Origin: Candidatus Iainarchaeum sp.
GTDB taxonomy: Archaea > Iainarchaeota > Iainarchaeia > Iainarchaeales > GCA-2688035
Direction of reading: 5' to 3'
DNA length: 5,231 bases
NCBI GenBank assembly: GCA_028713935.1
Contig: JAQTNI010000058.1
Span: forward strand, 1 to 5,231
This document shows positions 5,123-5,231 of the stretch, piece by piece (the first letter of the stretch is position 1; each line of letters starts with the position of its first letter). Below the pieces are notes generated by a model. The model saw only the letters and a list, made by a program, of their open reading frames with translations, had not been told where the DNA came from and searched no databases. The position numbers and the translations under genes were made by a program.

Positions 5123-5146
5123 CGGATATGTCCCCACTTTGAATGC

Positions 5147-5156
5147 TTTATTTTAA
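5147..5156. promoter_or_regulatory. A/T box that could act as a TATA element in both directions
   Basis: The plus strand reads tttattttaa and the minus strand TTAAAATAAA. It is centred about 30 nt from the minus-strand ATG at 5122, which would give a near-leaderless transcript. It is about 50 nt from the plus-strand ATG at 5202, which would give a leader of about 24 nt containing the SD. Confidence 0.35.
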
Positions 5157-5158
5157 GT

Positions 5159-5201
5159 GGGAACTCCATCTTTTTGTTAGAACCCAAAAGGAGGAGTTCC
5201 C
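5159..5201. promoter_or_regulatory. Perfect 9-bp inverted repeat (gggaactcc / ggagttccc) with a 25-nt spacer
   Basis: 5159-5167 is the exact reverse complement of 5193-5201. The right arm overlaps the SD and ends 1 nt before the plus-strand ATG. The left arm sits just downstream of the A/T box. Confidence 0.45.
5190..5194 (+). promoter_or_regulatory. Shine-Dalgarno GGAGG for the plus-strand gene
   Basis: The sequence is aaaaGGAGGagttccc-ATG, with 7-nt spacing to the ATG at 5202. Confidence 0.6.
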
Positions 5202-5231
5202 ATGAAATATACAAACGATTTTATTGATAAA
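5202..5231 (+). CDS. 5' end of an unidentified plus-strand gene (first 10 codons only)
   Basis: An ATG preceded by a canonical SD. The frame is open to the window edge (MKYTNDFIDK). It is too short to identify. Confidence 0.45.
   Translation, partial: MKYTNDFIDK

Noticed and set aside
3770-5161. The heptamer aagtggg occurs near both borders of the accessory block (3770-3776 and 5155-5161), considered as possible att-like direct repeats of an integrated element.
   Set aside because: Seven nt is far too short to distinguish from chance in a 5-kb window. There is no integrase, tRNA target or longer flanking repeat.
1-5231. CRISPR arrays, rRNA or tRNA genes, and transposase or integrase genes.
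   Set aside because: There are no regularly spaced repeats, no rRNA- or tRNA-like conserved motifs, and no ORF with DDE or tyrosine/serine recombinase motifs on either strand.

Overview
Archaeal chromosomal segment, identified by its archaea-specific gene set. It is AT-rich and encodes Lys/Glu/Phe-rich proteins. Any lineage call beyond 'archaeon, probably an uncultivated small-genome lineage' is inference. All recognisable genes but one are on the minus strand. Positions 1-3762 form a core replication/translation cluster, read right to left: priL (2737-3762); a 169-nt structured spacer carrying a second copy of the priS start region; priS (1350-2567); gins51 (801-1349, start abutting the priS stop); rps27e (539-730); and aIF2-alpha (1-519, running off the left edge). 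Positions 3763-5231 look accessory. They hold an orphan 189-aa ORF (3825-4394) with slightly higher G+C and an Arg/Pro/Ser-rich tail, and a possible unlisted 50-codon ORF (4358-4510) that overlaps the upstream stop as ATGA. They also hold a stand-alone retropepsin-like aspartyl protease (4507-4920) that starts 4 nt after a small DUF5678-like protein (4925-5122/5137). A divergent control region with overlapping inverted repeats follows, then the first 10 codons of a plus-strand gene (5202-5231). The best candidate for an undescribed system is the small-protein/retropepsin cassette, possibly with the downstream ORFs. The most unusual non-coding signal is the duplicated priS start flanking the priL-priS spacer. 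I found no rRNA, tRNA, CRISPR array or recognisable transposase.
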